Of a stretch of 64,000 nt of DNA, positions 59,030-64,000 are shown piece by piece. Position 1 is the stretch's first letter. Each line of letters starts with the position of its first letter. The notes under the pieces are model-generated. The model was not told the DNA's origin and made no database searches. It saw only the letters and a list, made by a program, of their open reading frames with translations. This DNA comes from Macrostomum lignano (lineage: Eukaryota). The translations under genes and the position numbers were made by a program. The stretch covers positions 186,001 to 250,000 of the forward strand of contig NIVC01000208.1 in assembly GCA_002269645.1 (NCBI GenBank). Reading direction: 5' to 3'.

Positions 59030-62000
59030 CAGGATTGGGATAAATGGGATCAGGATTGCAAGATTGGAATAAATGGGATAAGGATTGGGATAAATGGGAT
59101 CAGGATTGCAAGATTGGAATAAATAGGATAAGGATTGGGATAAATAGGATCAGGATTGCAAGATTGGAATAAATGGGATAGGGATTGGGATAAATCGGAT
59201 CAGGATTGCAAGATTGGAATAAATGGGATCGGGATTGGAATAAGTGGGATCAGGACTGCAAGATTGAAATAAATGGGATCGGGATTGAGATAAATCGGAT
59301 CGGGATTAAAATAAATCGGATCAGGATTGCAAGATTGGAATAAATGGGATCGGGATTAGAATAAAAGGGATCAGGATTGCAAGATTGGAATAAATGGGAT
59401 CGGGATTGGGATAAATAGGATCAGGATTGCAAGATTGGAATAAATGGAATCGGGATTGGAATAAATGGGATCAGGATTGCAAGATTGGAATAAATGGGAT
59501 CGGGATTGAAATAAATGGGATCAGGATTGCAAGATTGGAATAAATGGGATCGGGATTAGAATAAAAGGGATCAGGATTGCAAGATTGGAATAAATGGGAT
59601 CGGGATTGGGATAAATAGGATCAGGATTGCAAGATTGGAATAAATGGAATCGGGATTGGAATAAATGGGATCAGGATTGCAAGATTAGAATAAATGGGAT
59701 CGGGATTGAAATAAATGGGATCAGGATTGCAAGATTGGAATAAATGGGATCGGGATTGAGATAAATCGGATCAGGATTGCAAGATTGGAATAAATGGGTT
59801 CGGGATTGGAATAAATGGGATCAGGATTGCAAGACTAGAATAAATGGGATCGGGATTCGGATAAATGGGATTAGGAGTGCAAGCTTGGAATAAATGGGAT
59901 TAGGAGTGCAAAATTGGAATAAATGGGATCGGGATTGGAATAAATGGGATCAGGATTGCAAGATTGGAAAAAATGGGATCGGGATTGGGATAAATCGGAT
60001 CAGGATTGCAAGATTGGAATCATCGGGATTGGGATAAATGGGGTCAGGAGTGCAAAATTGGAATAAATGGGATCGGGATTGGGATAGATCGGATCAGGAT
60101 TGCAAGATTGGAATAAATGGAATCGGGATCGGAATAAATGGGATCAGGATTGCAAGATTGGAAAAAATGGGATCGGGATTGGGATAAATAGGATCAGGAT
60201 TGCAAGATTGGAATAAATGGGATCGGGATTGGAATAAATGGGATCAGGATTGCAAGATTGGAATAAATGGGATCGGGATTGGAATAAATGGGATCAGGAT
60301 TGCAAGATAGGAATAAATGGGATCGGGATTGAGATAAATCGGATCAGGATTGCAAGATTGGAATAAATGGAATCGGGATTGGAATAAATGGGATCAGGAT
60401 TGCAAGATTAGAATAAATGGGATCGGGATTAAGATAAATGGGATCAGGAGTGCAAGATTGGAATAAATGGGATTAGGAGTGCAAAATTGGAATAAATGGG
60501 ATCGGGATTGGGATAAATCGGATCAGGATTGCAAGATTGGAATCATCGGGATTGGGATAAATGGGGTCAGGAGTGCAAAATTGGAATAAATGGGATCGGG
60601 ATTGGAATAAATGGGATCAGGATTGCAAGATTGGAATAAATGGGATCGGGATTGGGATAAATCGGATCAGGATTGCAAGATTGGAATAAATGGAATCGGG
60701 ATTGGAATAAATGGGATCAGGATTGCAAGATTGGAATAAATGGGATCGGGATTGAGATAATTCGGATCAGGATTGCAAGATTGGAATAAATGGGATCGGG
60801 ATTGGAATAAATGGGATCAGGATTGCAAGATTAGAATAAATGGGATCGGGATTGGAATAAATGGGATCAGGACTGCAAGATTGAAATAAATGGGATCGGG
60901 ATTGAGATAAATCGGATCGGGATTGAGATAAATCGGATCAGGATTGCAAGATTGGAATAAATGGGATCGGGATTAGAATAAATGGGATCAGGATTGCAAG
61001 ATTGGAATAAATGGGATCGGGATTGGAATAAATGGGATCAGGATTGCAAGATTAGAATAAATGGGATCGGGATTGGGATAAATGGAATCAGGAGTGCAAG
61101 ATTGGAATAAATGAGATCAGGATTGCAAGATTGGAATAAATGGGATCGGGATTGGATAGATCGGATCAGGATTGCAAGATTGGAATAAATGGAATCGGGA
61201 TTGGAATAAATGGGATCAGGATTGCAAGATTGGAATAAATGGGATCGGGATTGGAATAAATGGGATCAGGATTGCAAGATTGGAATAAATGGGATCGGGA
61301 TTGAGATAAATCGGATCAGGATTGCAAGATTGGAATAAATGGGATCGGGATTGGAATAAATGGGATCAGGATTGCAAGATTAGAATAAATGGGATCGGGA
61401 TTGGGATAAATGGGATCAGGACTGCAAGATTGAAATAAATGGGATCGGGATTGAGATAAATCGGATCGGGATTGAGATAAATCGGATCAGGATTGCAAGA
61501 TTGGAATAAATGGGATCGGGATTAGAATAAATGGGATCAGGATTGCAAGATTGGAATAAATGGGATCGGGATTGGGATAAATAGGATCAGGATTGCAAGA
61601 TTGGAATAAATGGAATCGGGATTGGAATAAATGGGATCAGGATTGCAAGATTGGAATAAATGGGATCGGGATTGAAATAAATGGGATCAGGATTGCAAGA
61701 TTGGAATAAATGGGATCGGGATTAGAATAAAAGGGATCAGGATTGCAAGATTGGAATAAATGGGATCGGGATTGGGATAAATAGGATCAGGATTGCAAGA
61801 TTGGAATAAATGGAATCGGGATTGGAATAAATGGGATCAGGATTGCAAGATTAGAATAAATGGGATCGGGATTGAAATAAATGGCATCAGGATTGCAAGA
61901 TTGGAATAAATGGGATCGGGATTGAGATAAATCGGATCAGGATTGCAAGATTGGAATAAATGGGATCGGGATTGGAATAAATGGGATCAGGATTGCAAGA

Positions 62001-64000
62001 CTAGAATAAATGGGATCGGGATTCGATAAATGGGATTAGGAGTGCAAGCTTGGAATAAATGGGATTAGGAGTGCAAAATTGGAATAAATGGGATCGGGAT
62101 TGGAATAAATGGGATCAGGATTGCAAGATTGGAAAAAATGGGATCGGGATTGGGATAAATCGGATCAGGATTGCAAGATTGGAATCATCGGGATTGGGAT
62201 AAATGGGGTCAGGAGTGCAAAATTGGAATAAATGGGATCGGGATTGGGATAGATCGGATCAGGATTGCAAGATTGGAATAAATGGAATCGGGATCGGAAT
62301 AAATGGGATCAGGATTGCAAGATTGGAAAAAATGGGATCGGGATTGGGATAAATAGGATCAGGATTGCAAGATTGGAATAAATGGGATCGGGATTGGAAT
62401 AAATGGGATCAGGATTGCAAGATTGGAATAAATGGGATCGGGATTGGAATAAATGGGATCAGGATTGCAAGATAGGAATAAATGGGATCGGGATTGAGAT
62501 AAATCGGATCAGGATTGCAAGATTGGAATAAATGGAATCGGGATTGGAATAAATGGGATCAGGATTGCAAGATTAGAATAAATGGGATCGGGATTAAGAT
62601 AAATGGGATCAGGAGTGCAAGATTGGAATAAATGGGATTAGGAGTGCAAAATTGGAATAAATGGGATCGGGATTGGGATAAATCGGATCAGGATTGCAAG
62701 ATTGGAATCATCGGGATTGGGATAAATGGGGTCAGGAGTGCAAAATTGGAATAAATGGGATCGGGATTGGAATAAATGGGATCAGGATTGCAAGATTGGA
62801 ATAAATGGGATCGGGATTGGGATAAATCGGATCAGGATTGCAAGATTGGAATAAATGGAATCGGGATTGGAATAAATGGGATCAGGATTGCAAGATTGGA
62901 ATAAATGGGATCGGGATTGAGATAATTCGGATCAGGATTGCAAGATTGGAATAAATGGGATCGGGATTGGAATAAATGGGATCAGGATTGCAAGATTAGA
63001 ATAAATGGGATCGGGATTGGAATAAATGGGATCAGGACTGCAAGATTGAAATAAATGGGATCGGGATTGAGATAAATCGGATCGGGATTGAGATAAATCG
63101 GATCAGGATTGCAAGATTGGAATAAATGGGATCGGGATTAGAATAAATGGGATCAGGATTGCAAGATTGGAATAAATGGGATCGGGATTGGAATAAATGG
63201 GATCAGGATTGCAAGATTAGAATAAATGGGATCGGGATTGGGATAAATGGAATCAGGAGTGCAAGATTGGAATAAATGAGATCAGGATTGCAAGATTGGA
63301 ATAAATGGGATCGGGATTGGGATAGATCGGATCAGGATTGCAAGATTGGAATAAATGGAATCGGGATTGGAATAAATGGGATCAGGATTGCAAGATTGGA
63401 ATAAATGGGATCGGGATTGGAATAAATGGGATCAGGATTGCAAGATTGGAATAAATGGGATCGGGATTGAGATAAATCGGATCAGGATTGCAAGATTGGA
63501 ATAAATGGGATCGGGATTGGAATAAATGGGATCAGGATTGCAAGATTAGAATAAATGGGATCGGGATTGGGATAAATGGGATCAGGACTGCAAGATTGAA
63601 ATAAATGGGATCGGGATTGAGATAAATCGGATCGGGATTGAGATAAATCGGATCAGGATTGCAAGATTGGAATAAATGGGATCGGGATTAGAATAAATGG
63701 GATCAGGATTGCAAGATTGGAATAAATGGGATCGGGATTGGAATAAATGGGATCAGGATTGCAAGATTAGAATAAATGGGATCGGGATTGGGATAAATGG
63801 AATCAGGAGTGCAAGATTGGAATAAATGAGATCAGGATTGCAAGATTGGAATAAATGGGATCGGGATTGGGATAGATCGGATCAGGATTGCAAGATTGGA
63901 ATAAATGGAATCGGGATTGGAATAAATGGGATCAGGATTGCAAGATTGGAATAAATGGGATCGGGATTGGAATAAATGGGATCAGGATTGCAAGATTGGA
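59030..64000. repeat. G-rich satellite, 50-bp basic unit (29+21 bp), ~2.17-kb higher-order repeat; runs off window end
   Basis: Unit gggatcaggattgcaagattggaataaat + gggatcgggattggaataaat; rare variants recur at 2165-2166-bp spacing. Confidence 0.97.

Noticed and set aside
59030-64000. Telomere repeat
   Set aside because: GGGATT is not a permutation of TTAGGG; the unit is a 50-bp composite satellite

Overview
Repeat-rich eukaryotic (metazoan) genomic DNA, not a prokaryotic window. The style (short GT-AG introns, huge GACA/GTTA microsatellites, scattered 1-bp indels typical of long-read assemblies) would fit a flatworm such as Macrostomum, but that is inference only. Layout: (1) 1-11.6 kb holds the last 12 coding exons of CFAP251/WDR66, reconstructed in a continuous reading frame, with a 2.2-kb solo LTR, microsatellites and MITEs in its introns. 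(2) 12-26 kb holds a TIR-bounded Crypton-like tyrosine-recombinase element, a secreted PAN/apple + F-type lectin gene, and EnSpm-like, LTR and RTE remnants. (3) 26-47 kb holds the main finding: four diverged, head-to-tail non-LTR retrotransposons (Jockey/I-like APE-RT) whose ORF1 carries an ALKBH2/3-type AlkB dioxygenase with intact catalytic motifs fused upstream of the RRM/CCHC RNA-chaperone region. They share a 5' junction motif and a covarying 3' double hairpin. (4) 47-57.5 kb is a Gypsy element inserted in copy 4. Its gag is interrupted in frame by an RNase H-bearing LINE, and a BEN-like ORF follows pol. (5) 59-64 kb is a 50-bp satellite with a ~2.17-kb higher-order period. All family assignments come from motif recognition by eye; no database searches were run.
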